Under the pieces are notes generated by a model that was not told the origin of the DNA, did no database searches, and worked only from the letters and a program-made list of their open reading frames with translations. From Candidatus Kerfeldbacteria bacterium (GTDB taxonomy: Bacteria; Patescibacteriota; Patescibacteriia; SBBC01; CAIJZX01), in assembly GCA_903825245.1 (NCBI GenBank), contig CAIJZX010000015.1, positions 28,564-92,563 on the forward strand: DNA of 64,000 nucleotides. Reading direction: 5' to 3'. The position numbers were made by a program, and so were the translations under genes. Positions 1 through 10,070 of this stretch are shown one piece after another (positions within the stretch are counted from its first letter, which is position 1; each line of letters begins with the position of its first letter).

Positions 1-299
1 GTGGTGAAAAGAAGCGGGCGGAAATTTTACAGATGATGATCCTTGAACCAAGAATGTGTATTCTCGATGAAACGGATTCGGGACTCGATATCGATGCTTT
101 GAAAATCGTAGCTGACGGCGTGAATTCACTGCGATCGCCTGATCGCGGATTTCTCGTTATCACGCACTATCAACGATTATTGAATTATATTAAACCCGAT
201 GTCGTGCATGTGTTGATTGACGGGAAGATTGTGAGGACTGGTGGAGCGGAGGTGGCGATGGAATTAGAAGTAAGTGGTTATGAAACAATTCCCACATGA
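1..299 (+). CDS. sufC: Fe-S cluster assembly ATPase SufC (5'-truncated by window)
   Basis: GGEKKR signature at window start, [14 protein letters not shown] and ITHYQRLL motifs; ATGA overlap with sufB. Confidence 0.95.
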   Translation, partial: GEKKRAEILQMMILEPRMCILDETDSGLDIDALKIVADGVNSLRSPDRGFLVITHYQRLLNYIKPDVVHVLIDGKIVRTGGAEVAMELEVSGYETIPT

Positions 300-1705
300 G
301 TAGCAAAGTTCAAATGGCTACCAAATCTCTGGGAACCTACCAATTCGGCTTTTCCTATCCGGAAATTTCCGTCCAGAAAGCGCCGCGTGGTTTGTCAGCG
401 GATATTGTGAAGGCAATTTCGCAGTGGAAACATGAGCCGGGTTGGATGACGGAAAAACGATTGCAGGCCTACGCCGTGTTCAAACAAAAGCAGATGCCGC
501 CGTGGGGCGCCGACCTGTCGCAGATTGATTTTGACAATATTTATTATTATTTAAAACCGATCGAACATCAGGCACGAAGCTGGAACGATGTGCCGGATTC
601 GATGAAGAAGACCTTTGATCGTCTCGGTATTCCGGAAGCGGAAAAGAAGTTTCTGGCCGGGGTCGGCGCCCAGTACGACAGCGAGGTCATCTACCACTCG
701 CTCATCGAATCTTTAACCAAGAAGGGCGTGATTTTTACGGATATGGATACTGCATTGCGCGAGTATCCAGAAATCGTTAAACAGTACTTTGGTACGCTGA
801 TTCCCGCGAGCGATAATAAGTTCGCCGCGCTGAATTCGGCAACATGGTCGGGTGGATCGTTTGTCTATGTGCCGAAGGGTGTGCACGTTGATTTACCGTT
901 GCAAGCGTACTTCCGGATCAACGCGAAGAACATGGGGCAGTTTGAACGGACGCTGATTATTGCCGAAGAAGGTTCGTACGTAAATTACGTAGAAGGGTGC
1001 ACCGCGCCGGTCTATGCTAGCGATTCACTGCACGCGGCGGTAGTGGAAATTTTCGTTAAAAAAGGTGCACGCGTGCGTTACACGACGATTCAAAATTGGT
1101 CGAAGGACGTGTACAATCTCGTCACGAAGCGCGCCCGCGTTGATGAAGAAGGAACAATGGAGTGGATCGATGGGAATTTAGGTTCACGAGTGACGATGAA
1201 ATATCCGAGCGTCTACCTGATGGGACGCAAAGCGCACGGTGAAGTTCTGTCGATCGCCTTTGCCGGTGCGGGACAATACCAGGACGCGGGCGGCAAAGCA
1301 ATTCACAATGCGCCGGAAACATCGTCAATCATCACCTCAAAATCCATTTGCAAAGACGGCGGACGAACGTCATATCGCGGCCTCGTCCACATGGCGCCGG
1401 CAGCGAAAGGTTCAAAATCGAATGTAAAGTGCGATGCGCTGATTCTCGATTCCGCCTCGCGCAGCGATACCTACCCGACGATGAAAATTCGGGCAAAGGA
1501 TGTAACACTCGGCCATGAAGCGACGGTGTCGAAAGTTGGTGAAGAACAACTCTTCTATCTCATGTCTCGTGGTCTTGATGAACCGACAGCGACGGGATTG
1601 ATTGTCTCTGGATTTATTGAACCAATTGTGAAAGAATTGCCGTTAGAGTACGCCGTCGAACTCAATAAACTTATTCAATTAGAAATGGAAGGGAGTGTGG
1701 GATGA
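296..1705 (+). CDS. sufB: Fe-S cluster assembly protein SufB
   Basis: [23 protein letters not shown] motifs and EMEGSVG C-terminus. Confidence 0.97.
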   Translation: MSSKVQMATKSLGTYQFGFSYPEISVQKAPRGLSADIVKAISQWKHEPGWMTEKRLQAYAVFKQKQMPPWGADLSQIDFDNIYYYLKPIEHQARSWNDVPDSMKKTFDRLGIPEAEKKFLAGVGAQYDSEVIYHSLIESLTKKGVIFTDMDTALREYPEIVKQYFGTLIPASDNKFAALNSATWSGGSFVYVPKGVHVDLPLQAYFRINAKNMGQFERTLIIAEEGSYVNYVEGCTAPVYASDSLHAAVVEIFVKKGARVRYTTIQNWSKDVYNLVTKRARVDEEGTMEWIDGNLGSRVTMKYPSVYLMGRKAHGEVLSIAFAGAGQYQDAGGKAIHNAPETSSIITSKSICKDGGRTSYRGLVHMAPAAKGSKSNVKCDALILDSASRSDTYPTMKIRAKDVTLGHEATVSKVGEEQLFYLMSRGLDEPTATGLIVSGFIEPIVKELPLEYAVELNKLIQLEMEGSVG

Positions 1706-2214
1706 CAAAACCTGGCGACAAAGAATGGCTACCGTATGAGAAGCACCTCAAGCGTCTACCGAAGAAACGTGTTGCGTCCGGCGTGTTCTTGTTGGACGGT
1801 AACGGCGATGTGCTTTTGGTAAAACCAGAGTACAAAGATTACTGGATCTTGCCTGGCGGAGTAGTCGAGCTTAATGAAACACCGATTGATGGTTTACGGC
1901 GAGAGCTTCAGGAAGAATTAGGATTAGTATTCTCTAGTTTTGTGCCTGTAGCTGTACAATATTCGCGACGATCAAATGAGGTGGCTGATGTCATTCATTT
2001 TCTCTTTACAGGTACAATTAATGCTCAACAGATAAAAAATATTCACTTACAACTTGATGAACTGGAAGAGCATAAACTTGTACCGCTTCGTGATCTCCCT
2101 AAATACTGCAAGTCTAGATTTGTAAGATTCTGGCCACAAATATACGAAGCCATTATAGATAAGAAGCTTATTTATCTAGAAAATATTGAAAATATAGAAA
2201 GGGATGTGGCATGA
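1702..2214 (+). CDS. NUDIX hydrolase
   Basis: Nudix box [23 protein letters not shown]. Confidence 0.9.
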   Translation: MTKPGDKEWLPYEKHLKRLPKKRVASGVFLLDGNGDVLLVKPEYKDYWILPGGVVELNETPIDGLRRELQEELGLVFSSFVPVAVQYSRRSNEVADVIHFLFTGTINAQQIKNIHLQLDELEEHKLVPLRDLPKYCKSRFVRFWPQIYEAIIDKKLIYLENIENIERDVA

Positions 2215-2621
2215 ATGATTGCATTTTTTGCCGGATGGTGGCCGGCGCTGAACCAAAGCACCACATTTGGGAGAATGACCAGTTCATGACCATCCTCACA
2301 TGGCATCCGCATCAACCGGGCCACATGCTGATTATTCCCAAACGGCACGTCGATTACTTTTTTGATATGAGCAAAGATGAATATTTGGATTTGATGGCGT
2401 TAGCCTACAAGTTCCAACCAACGTTAAAACGCATAACGAAACCAATCCGTATTGGATTGGCGGTTGAAGGATTCGGTGTTGGTCATGCGCACTTGCACAT
2501 GATCCCACTCCACGGTCCGGCGGGGCTTGATTCGAAACTCGCACACTTCGTATCAGAAGAAGAATTAGCATCGATGGCGAAAACAATTCGGGAAGCACTC
2601 GAGGAGGATCATGTTATCTAG
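2211..2621 (+). CDS. HIT family protein
   Basis: N-terminal DCIFC, GHMLIIPKRH and HAHLH triad. Confidence 0.92.
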   Translation: MNDCIFCRMVAGAEPKHHIWENDQFMTILTWHPHQPGHMLIIPKRHVDYFFDMSKDEYLDLMALAYKFQPTLKRITKPIRIGLAVEGFGVGHAHLHMIPLHGPAGLDSKLAHFVSEEELASMAKTIREALEEDHVI

Positions 2622-3228
2622 CGTGGTCATCGATACCATGGTCGAGCCGACCATGTGCCACGCGGTCAACCAGGGGCAAAAACTGACCCTTGTGGTTCCT
2701 GTGCTGGAGGCCCCAAACGGCCCCAGGAAACGCGTTATCACCCTGGCTGGTGAAAGAGCGGAAGTTGAAGTGATCGGCCTTTTCTTGGGCCGTGGTGAGG
2801 CTCAATTGGCCATTCAAATCGATACGATTCATGCCGCGCCGAACACGAAAGGTAATACTGTTTTTAAAGCGGTATTGGCTGACACGTCGTCGCTCCAGTT
2901 TGATGGCATGATAAAAATTGAACCAGGTGCGCAGGGGAGCAATGATTTTTTACAACAGGATTCATTAATGCTATCTGCCAATGCCAAAGCGAATTCAGTG
3001 CCGGGACTAGAAATTGAAGCGAATGATGTAAAGGCATCGCACGGTGCGACGGCGAAGCCAGTTGATCCTGAACAGAAGTTCTATCTTATGTCTCGCGGCT
3101 TGACGGAGCAACAAGCAGAAACCTTGATTGTCCAAGGCTTTATCGCCTCTATACTTACAAAGATTGATGATGTAGAGTTGAAAAAGAGAATCCTTTCTAT
3201 TCTTAACCATTTTAATCATACTTTATAA
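2611..3228 (+). CDS. sufD: SufD family protein (short form)
   Basis: PGLEIEANDVKASHGAT and FYLMSRGL motifs; position in suf operon. Confidence 0.88.
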   Translation: MLSSVVIDTMVEPTMCHAVNQGQKLTLVVPVLEAPNGPRKRVITLAGERAEVEVIGLFLGRGEAQLAIQIDTIHAAPNTKGNTVFKAVLADTSSLQFDGMIKIEPGAQGSNDFLQQDSLMLSANAKANSVPGLEIEANDVKASHGATAKPVDPEQKFYLMSRGLTEQQAETLIVQGFIASILTKIDDVELKKRILSILNHFNHTL

Positions 3229-3232
3229 TGCC

Positions 3233-3982
3233 ATGTTAACGCGCGCTCAACGTCGATACTGGTTTGCCATGATCTTTGGTCTACTTGCTGGGACTTGGAC
3301 AGTCGTGGATTTGATGGTGGCACCGAATTGGGGTTGGTCGAGGTTTCAACAGTTTTTACTTTTGATTCCAATTCTCATACTTTTTATTTACGGATTCCTA
3401 ATTACCCGGCGATCTCAACAGTTGATTAAACAAGAGATTGGCGAATTTGCTCAAACGCAAGGTTGGCAATTGGTGAGTGACCCTCCGGCAAACATGGCGT
3501 CTGCGCCAAATCTACGTCTGAACCCAAAGAATATAACGTCCGTACCGCCGCTGGTGGAAAGTTTTCTTTCACCCGACCAACGAACATATTTACTACATGA
3601 CGGTTGGGCGCTCGGACAATCAAAAACAGCGCTCATTTTCTTCTCCACACTATTGGATGGTTCAGTTGATGGTTGGCTGCACCTCGAAGGTAATAAAGAA
3701 GGATTCGCCTGGCCCGGAGAAGTTGATTTAGAAAGTAACGACTATAATATTACAACGCATACCCGGACTTCGAATAAAGAACTTCCCGTTCATTTGCTCA
3801 GTCCCGATATTATGGCGTGGTACTTGGACTTGCCGTTGAAACCATGGGTACACGTTGAAGGGCGAACGTTATTTGTGGGATTAGACGTCGGTCAACCAGT
3901 GACAGGTCTAGAACAACTATTAGGCCACATTGCCTTCTTGCAAAAGGCGTTTAACCGTTCGGGCGCTCTCCAGAAGATATAG
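3233..3982 (+). CDS. Hypothetical membrane protein (two N-terminal TM helices plus soluble domain)
   Basis: 249-aa ORF tightly packed between sufD and sufS. Confidence 0.7.
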   Translation: MLTRAQRRYWFAMIFGLLAGTWTVVDLMVAPNWGWSRFQQFLLLIPILILFIYGFLITRRSQQLIKQEIGEFAQTQGWQLVSDPPANMASAPNLRLNPKNITSVPPLVESFLSPDQRTYLLHDGWALGQSKTALIFFSTLLDGSVDGWLHLEGNKEGFAWPGEVDLESNDYNITTHTRTSNKELPVHLLSPDIMAWYLDLPLKPWVHVEGRTLFVGLDVGQPVTGLEQLLGHIAFLQKAFNRSGALQKI

Positions 3983-3987
3983 TTATT

Positions 3988-5217
3988 ATGAAGAACATCT
4001 TTCCTGATTTTCCAATTTTCAAAACCAATCCCGGATTGATCTATTTAGACTCGGCGGCGTCGGCACAGAAACCGCAAGCGGTGATTGATGCAGAAAAGAA
4101 TTTTTATGAAACGTCTTACGCGAATGTCCATCGTGGAATTTACGCCTTGTCGGAAAAAGCGACTGAACTGTATGAAGGTTCACGAGAAACTGTTCGGAAG
4201 TTTATTAATGCTAAGAGTACGAAAGAAATTATTTTTGTTCGCGGTGCGACGGAAGGAATTAATCTGATTGCGCATTCGTTTGGTCAGCAACTGCGAAAAG
4301 ATGACGTCATTTTGTTGTCCGAAATGGAGCACCACGCAAATATTGTGCCATGGCAAGCGCTGGCCACCCCCTCACCGCTTCGCGGAGCTCCCCCTGCCGC
4401 AGGGGGAGCGGTTCTGCGTTGGATTCCGGTGACGGAGAGCGGTGATCTGGATTTGACGAATATTGATGAGTTACTGAAAGGCGTAAAACTCGTGGCGGTG
4501 ACGCAGATGTCGAATGTACTGGGGACAGTGAATGACGTGCAATTCCTGGCTGACAAAGCGCACGCAGTTGGAGCTAAAATATTGGTTGATGGTGCGCAAT
4601 CTGTTCCACATATGCCGGTTGATGTACAAAAACTCAATTGCGACTTTCTGGTGTTCTCTGGTCACAAAATGCTCGGGCCAACCGGAATCGGTGTGGTGTA
4701 CATAAAACAAGAAATTCTGGAGACGATGGAGCCGTACCAACGCGGCGGCAATATGATTCTCGAAGTCAAAAAAAACAGCGCTACCTGGAATGGATTACCA
4801 TACAAGTTTGAAGCGGGGACGCCGAATATCGCCGGGGCAATTGGCTTAGGTGCGGCCATCGATTATTTGCAAGATGTAGGGATGGAGAAGATATGGGAAC
4901 ATGAACAAGATTTAGTAAAGTATGGACTTGCGCAATTCAGCGTGTTGAAAGGCGTGCGTGTGTTGGGTGCCGATGCTACATCAGCGCGCTCGGCGATCTT
5001 TGCTTTCGATATTGATGGGGTCCATCCGCACGATATCGGCTCGATTCTTGACCAGCAGAACATCGCCGTTCGCGCTGGACATCATTGTGCCCAGCCGCTG
5101 CACGAAAAGTTCGGATTAGTAGCTACAGCGCGCGCGTCGTGTTATTTGTACAACACCAAGGAAGATATCGATGTATTGGTAGCGGGTATCAAAAAAGTTC
5201 AAGAGACATTCACATGA
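3988..5217 (+). CDS. sufS: Cysteine desulfurase SufS
   Basis: YLDSAAS, SGHKMLGPTG (PLP lysine), RAGHHCAQP; carries a short palindromic in-frame insertion. Confidence 0.96.
   Translation: MKNIFPDFPIFKTNPGLIYLDSAASAQKPQAVIDAEKNFYETSYANVHRGIYALSEKATELYEGSRETVRKFINAKSTKEIIFVRGATEGINLIAHSFGQQLRKDDVILLSEMEHHANIVPWQALATPSPLRGAPPAAGGAVLRWIPVTESGDLDLTNIDELLKGVKLVAVTQMSNVLGTVNDVQFLADKAHAVGAKILVDGAQSVPHMPVDVQKLNCDFLVFSGHKMLGPTGIGVVYIKQEILETMEPYQRGGNMILEVKKNSATWNGLPYKFEAGTPNIAGAIGLGAAIDYLQDVGMEKIWEHEQDLVKYGLAQFSVLKGVRVLGADATSARSAIFAFDIDGVHPHDIGSILDQQNIAVRAGHHCAQPLHEKFGLVATARASCYLYNTKEDIDVLVAGIKKVQETFT
4366..4410. repeat. REP-like double-hairpin element inside sufS
   Basis: CCGC-TTC-GCGG (4375-4385) followed by GCTCCCCCTG-CCG-CAGGGGGAGC (4387-4409); encodes a Pro/Ala-rich stretch TPSPLRGAPPAA. 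Confidence 0.65.
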
Positions 5218-5747
5218 TTGGGCTACGACGCGGTACAGTGCAGCTCGTTGATCATCAAAAGTCGTGGTCAATGGCGTATAATCGTGAACGGAAGATATTG
5301 CGGCGCGAGCTTGGCAGTTATGTGTGTGACATTCAGCATGTTGGAAGTACGTCTATTCCGGGAATACAAGCAAAACCGATTATTGACATTAATATCGGCG
5401 TTGTATCGGTGCGCGGTGCCAAACAACACATGACCGCGTTACAGCGATTGGGTTATACGCTTCGCACTCCGCCATCGCCAACCGGTCGTCATTGGAAGTT
5501 AACCTACGTGAAGGGTCCGGAAGGGCGTCGGATGGTTCACTTGCACGTCCTTCGATATCAGGGCGTGCTGTGGAGAAAGAACATTTTGTTTCGGGATACG
5601 TTGCGGAAAAATAAGCGACTGGCGAGGCAGTATGAGCATCTTAAAAAAACACTGGCGGCGCAGTTCCCGAATGATCGAAAAAAATACACGGCCGGAAAAT
5701 TACCATTCATTTTTCGGGTGCAAAAAAGGTATCGGAGAACGATATGA
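5214..5747 (+). CDS. GrpB family protein
   Basis: MIGLRRGTVQL start, HVGSTSIPGIQAKPIIDI, LFRDTLR and YTAGK motifs; ATGA overlaps at both ends. Confidence 0.88.
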   Translation: MIGLRRGTVQLVDHQKSWSMAYNRERKILRRELGSYVCDIQHVGSTSIPGIQAKPIIDINIGVVSVRGAKQHMTALQRLGYTLRTPPSPTGRHWKLTYVKGPEGRRMVHLHVLRYQGVLWRKNILFRDTLRKNKRLARQYEHLKKTLAAQFPNDRKKYTAGKLPFIFRVQKRYRRTI

Positions 5748-6115
5748 TCACAAACATGTATCAAGAGAACATTCTCGACCACTATAAACACCCGCGGAAT
5801 TTCGGAGATCTTCCAAATGCAAAATTTCATGCCCACGCAGCAAATCCGTTGTGTGGCGATGAGCTAGATTTCTTTTTGGAATTCAATACTGATGATAAAA
5901 TATCGAACGTAAAATTCAATGGCCGCGGTTGCACGATTACCATCGCCTCAGCATCAATGTTGAGCGAAAAACTACGTGGCATGTCTCGTTCTGATATCGA
6001 AATCTTCTCAAACGAAGACGCTATTAAACTCCTTGGTGTACCCATCACGCCAGCCCGTTTAAAGTGTGCAACGCTCGCCCTGGAAACCGTTCAACAGGCG
6101 ATCGGGCATCATTAA
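5744..6115 (+). CDS. sufU: SufU/IscU-type Fe-S scaffold or sulfur acceptor
   Basis: ILDHYKHPRN, NPLCGD, GRGCTI, RLKCA motifs. Confidence 0.92.
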   Translation: MITNMYQENILDHYKHPRNFGDLPNAKFHAHAANPLCGDELDFFLEFNTDDKISNVKFNGRGCTITIASASMLSEKLRGMSRSDIEIFSNEDAIKLLGVPITPARLKCATLALETVQQAIGHH

Positions 6116-6187
6116 TTTGTAACTTGTTACGATAATGAGGTTGAGTTGACGTCTCTGGCTGTTTTATTACACCAGATTGGCGGGCGC

Positions 6188-6216
6188 TTGACAAAACACC
6201 TCGGCTGAACTATACT
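6188..6216 (+). promoter_or_regulatory. Sigma70 promoter of sortase gene
   Basis: TTGACA-17-TATACT. Confidence 0.7.
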
Positions 6217-6239
6217 GCCGGGTTATTTTTTATTGTCGT

Positions 6240-6782
6240 ATGCGTACTCATCGTTGGGTTATTCTCTGCTTAGCTATAGCTATTGGCCTCCCAAGCGCGC
6301 CAGCGCATGCTTTGAATGTTGGATATCCGAAAGCAATTCTTATTCCGACGATCAAGGCGAGTGCAACAATCGAAAGCCTTGGGGTTACGTCGAGCGGCGT
6401 AATGATTGCGCCACATTCAGCATGGTTAGCGGCTTGGTCCAATAAAACCGTTCGACCCGGTCAAGTTGGAAATTCGGTTGTCTATGGACACGTGAATACC
6501 GCCACGTCTCAGACGGCGGTGTTTACGAACTTGAAATCATTGCTGGTGGGCGACGTGCTGTATGTGACGGACGATCGTCGTGTGACGCGTGCTTTTACGG
6601 TTACAAAAACTGCCGTGTATCCAATCAACGCTGTGCCAATGAATCTGATTAGCGGAGCAACGCGTGAAGTCCATCTCAACTTGTATACGTGCGCTGGGGT
6701 ATGGAGTAACAAGCTCGGCAACTACACCCAGCGCCTCGTAGTCTACACGACGCTGGTGAAGAATTCGGAAGTGATGAAGTAG
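6240..6782 (+). CDS. Class F sortase
   Basis: Signal peptide; PGQVGNSVVYGH, LYTC and QRLVV (His-Cys-Arg triad). Confidence 0.85.
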   Translation: MRTHRWVILCLAIAIGLPSAPAHALNVGYPKAILIPTIKASATIESLGVTSSGVMIAPHSAWLAAWSNKTVRPGQVGNSVVYGHVNTATSQTAVFTNLKSLLVGDVLYVTDDRRVTRAFTVTKTAVYPINAVPMNLISGATREVHLNLYTCAGVWSNKLGNYTQRLVVYTTLVKNSEVMK

Positions 6783-7367
6783 TTACGGAAGGAGTTTCAG
6801 AACGTTCCACCACGCGGCGATATACTCAGCACGCTTATTCTGGTATTTCAAGTAGTACGCATGTTCCCAAACATCAAGCCCAATAATTGGTGTGTGGCCG
6901 TGCAATAATGGTGAGTCTTGATTCGGCATGGCGTGCAGGTGGAGTTTTTTCTGCCCATCTTGTGCTAACCATATCCAGCCGCTGCCGAATAACGATGCGC
7001 CCATGTCAGAGAAAACTTTCTTGAAATTTTCGAGTGAATTCCATTCGTGCTCAATACTGGTGACGAGCGCCTGGTCGACACTTTTCTTCTCATCCATGAT
7101 TTGCCAAAATAGGGAGTGGTTCGAATGGCCACCACCATGGTTGCGGATCGCCGTCTTGTCAGCTTCAGGAATTTGTAATGTATCAAGGTTCGCTAACAAT
7201 TGTTCAAGCGGTTGATCGGCAATGTCGGGATGCTTGTCGAGGACGGCGTTCAGTTTGTCGATGTATGTTTGATGGTGCTTGGTGTAATGAATTTCCATCG
7301 TCTTGGTATCGATAAACGGTTCCAGGGCGCTATAGGCGTAGGGAAGTTGGGGGAGTGAATATTTCAT
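6783..7367 (-). CDS. sodA: Superoxide dismutase, Fe/Mn family (Mn-like signature)
   Basis: LPYAYSALEP, HYTKHHQTY, GGGHSNH, DVWEHAYY. Confidence 0.93.
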   Translation of the reverse strand: MKYSLPQLPYAYSALEPFIDTKTMEIHYTKHHQTYIDKLNAVLDKHPDIADQPLEQLLANLDTLQIPEADKTAIRNHGGGHSNHSLFWQIMDEKKSVDQALVTSIEHEWNSLENFKKVFSDMGASLFGSGWIWLAQDGQKKLHLHAMPNQDSPLLHGHTPIIGLDVWEHAYYLKYQNKRAEYIAAWWNVLKLLP

Positions 7368-7418
7368 GAGGTGGTGGGGCTAGTGGATAAGCGTTTGCTC
7401 ATGATACACTACTCTCCT

Positions 7419-8519
7419 ATGAAAGGCGAAGGGTATACACCGGAACAAGATAGAGAAGTAAAGGAATTGCCAAATAACGTTGAGGAAGTTTTCCCCGGCG
7501 GTTATCGCTTAACGAAAGGCGCGACCATTTTGGATGTGCCCGAAACTTGGGTAATTGATACCGGCGAGGGATTACTTGTTATTGATCCGGGCGGCGAGCT
7601 GCCGATTGAGTCAGCGGATGAAGCGAAATCATTGAAACCATTTGCGGCGGCGCTGACGAATTCGATGCGGAGTCATAAAATTGACGGCCTACGAGCCTTA
7701 GAAAAACAATTAGGAAAGAAAGTTACCGCCATTCTGTTAACGCACGGTGACGCCGACCATACGAATAACCTCGAGAATGTTGCTGATGCCGATGTACCGA
7801 TATTCGTTGATCGGCACGAATGGTGGTCGACGCTTTCGCCGGAAAAACAATTTGCCGCTGGGGCGATGAATTATAAAAAGAGCGAACTCACATCTCACGA
7901 TGCGGGCGGCTTAGGCGGACGCGATAAGGGTTGGCAAAAAATCGCATCGCATTTGAATAATCCCCGCGGCGGTGCCGATGCGCATGGCAATAAGCAACGA
8001 TTGGCTCAACGCTTTCGTGACTTTCCCGAATCATTTCCACTTGCCAATGGTTCACTCGAAGTTGTTGCCCTACCGGGTCATGCGCCAGGGGAGCATGGGT
8101 TTTATATTCCGGAACAACGCCTCTGTATTGGCGGTGATCTCATATCGACGAGTAAAAAAGGCATGGCGGGTCGATTTAATCTTTTTCTTCCAGAAGCAAA
8201 CGTGTACCAGGCAATCGCAACAGCACGTCGGCTTCAGGAAATGGATATCGCAAAATATTATCCGGCGCATGGCGAGCCGATTATTGGTCGTGAAGTTTTT
8301 CGGGAGCATTGCCAACGGCTCATAGATGACGCAGATCGTTTGGTGATGCATATTTTAGAGCAAGCCGAACAATATCCGCACGCAGATGTTCACGAGTTAG
8401 TGAAACACGTGTTTACGCCGGAGTTTGATTTGCCGGGGTTATCTATTGAATCGAAAAAGACGTGGGTATTTTCGGCTTTACGAAACAAATCGGACGACAG
8501 TCATGTGGCAGCCAATTGA
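7419..8519 (+). CDS. MBL-fold metallo-hydrolase
   Basis: THGDADH, PGHAPG, GGDL, YPAHG motifs; start chosen at ATG 7419. Confidence 0.82.
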   Translation: MKGEGYTPEQDREVKELPNNVEEVFPGGYRLTKGATILDVPETWVIDTGEGLLVIDPGGELPIESADEAKSLKPFAAALTNSMRSHKIDGLRALEKQLGKKVTAILLTHGDADHTNNLENVADADVPIFVDRHEWWSTLSPEKQFAAGAMNYKKSELTSHDAGGLGGRDKGWQKIASHLNNPRGGADAHGNKQRLAQRFRDFPESFPLANGSLEVVALPGHAPGEHGFYIPEQRLCIGGDLISTSKKGMAGRFNLFLPEANVYQAIATARRLQEMDIAKYYPAHGEPIIGREVFREHCQRLIDDADRLVMHILEQAEQYPHADVHELVKHVFTPEFDLPGLSIESKKTWVFSALRNKSDDSHVAAN

Positions 8520-9114
8520 TGTTCAAACAGGAAAACGCGTCGTTCTCAAAAAGAACGACTGGCCGATATTGATTCATGGTACGCCGAAAGCTGGATCATC
8601 GTTTTACACAGTGGCGTTAACCGCCGAACTCATTCGCCGCGGCGAGAAAATCGTTTTTCTGTGTGCGCATGCTGATGCGATTAAGGCACTGACCACTGAA
8701 CTTGTCGTGCAACAACCGGAAGTGCACGATACGAGCGTGTCAGCGAAGACGGCGACCGCACTTGAGGACATGCAACTCGTTACGCTGATGCGTCGACCAA
8801 ACATGAATCTGGTGACCTCGCTCCGAGCATTGCATGATTGGTCCGAGCGTGTTGTGGTAATCAAGAATATTGATGAAGTGATAACACCGGAGTTGTGGGC
8901 GGTCGTTAAAACACATCAGAAGCTTTGCCTCTCCGGCGACGCGACAAAAATGCAATTCGAAATTCCGATTGATTCTTTTTCGACCATGATTCTTTTTTCG
9001 CCTGGACCAGAACATTGGCTGCACCAACGGCCGGCACTTCCGACGTACATTGGTGACGTTTCTCAAAGTCGCCGCCAGTGGCAGACGATTCTCCGAGAGG
9101 TGAAAGTAGATTAG
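8503..9114 (+). CDS. Hypothetical protein with degenerate P-loop
   Basis: ILIHGTPKAGSS resembles Walker A lacking the Lys; overlaps upstream gene. Confidence 0.55.
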   Translation: MWQPIDVQTGKRVVLKKNDWPILIHGTPKAGSSFYTVALTAELIRRGEKIVFLCAHADAIKALTTELVVQQPEVHDTSVSAKTATALEDMQLVTLMRRPNMNLVTSLRALHDWSERVVVIKNIDEVITPELWAVVKTHQKLCLSGDATKMQFEIPIDSFSTMILFSPGPEHWLHQRPALPTYIGDVSQSRRQWQTILREVKVD

Positions 9115-9373
9115 AAATCGTCAGTAATCTGATTAGCAATCTCATGAATTTCCTAGCATTGCCTGCCGGGGTATCTTGAGCTTGAGTCTGGGGCGTACTT
9201 TTGTGTAGTAGACAGCTCCACCAAATCTAGTGACTGTATTGTCTCTGGCAGAAAAGTGAACAGCAAACGTCCTTGGCTAACTCCTTGGATGTTTTCTTTT
9301 TGACTTACAAAGGTCGCTATTGTACTCTGCTGATACAGATGTTCTTTTTATAACTTCCAAAAAGGGGGAGCTC

Positions 9374-9967
9374 ATGCATCAGCACATCTGTACAGGATGG
9401 TTGATGCGAAAAACGTACCACCTCCTTTTTTCCGCACTAACGGCGGCTCTATTCCTCCTTCACGCTAAGAGTCGCGTAATGTGGTCAGCACCGTTCATTG
9501 GGCTGATGTTTATGGCGGCGGCGCTACTTTTGGCCGACACAGCCTTTCGTTGGCAGATTCGTGGACGACTGGTCAAAGTTTTCAAAGGGGCGGAACACCG
9601 AAAGATGAGCGGAATTACCTACGGCGTCTGTGGCGTCATTTGTGCCTACCTCGTTGGTGGGGCAAACATAGCCGCTGTGTCAGCGATCCTTCTCGGTGTC
9701 ACAGACAGTACGTCAGGATTGGTCGGTGTTTATTTCGGTCGACACTCACTGCCATTCAACCGATATAAAAGCGTTGAAGGCACAGTCGTCGGTTGTGCGG
9801 CTGGACTGGCAATAATGTCTGTTTGGCCAGGGGGATGGACACTAAAAATGTTCATGGCTCTGACGGCTACGACAGTGGAAATTCTGCCGATTCCGATCGA
9901 CGACAACTTCATGATCCCTGTATTCACGGCCATAATGGCCGTTGGATATAAAACCATCATCGGTTAA
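9374..9967 (+). CDS. Phytol/dolichol kinase-like CTP-dependent membrane kinase
   Basis: RKTYH, D-x-x-S-GLVGVYFGRH, KSVEGT, DDNFMIP; SD AAGGGGGAG before ATG 9374. Confidence 0.8.
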   Translation: MHQHICTGWLMRKTYHLLFSALTAALFLLHAKSRVMWSAPFIGLMFMAAALLLADTAFRWQIRGRLVKVFKGAEHRKMSGITYGVCGVICAYLVGGANIAAVSAILLGVTDSTSGLVGVYFGRHSLPFNRYKSVEGTVVGCAAGLAIMSVWPGGWTLKMFMALTATTVEILPIPIDDNFMIPVFTAIMAVGYKTIIG

Positions 9968-9971
9968 TACT

Positions 9972-10001
9972 ACTCACGACAATTCGTGAGTTTTTCTTTT
10001 T
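9972..10001 (+). terminator. Intrinsic terminator
   Basis: ACTCACGA-CAAT-TCGTGAGT followed by T-run. Confidence 0.75.
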
Positions 10002-10014
10002 CAGGCCTTAGGTA

Positions 10015-10043
10015 TTGACAAAAATACCATTGTTTGCTATGAT
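10015..10043 (+). promoter_or_regulatory. Sigma70 promoter of pilus operon
   Basis: TTGACA-17-TATGAT. Confidence 0.75.
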
Positions 10044-10070
10044 GTCCGGTCAATTAAACGACTTGGCGAC

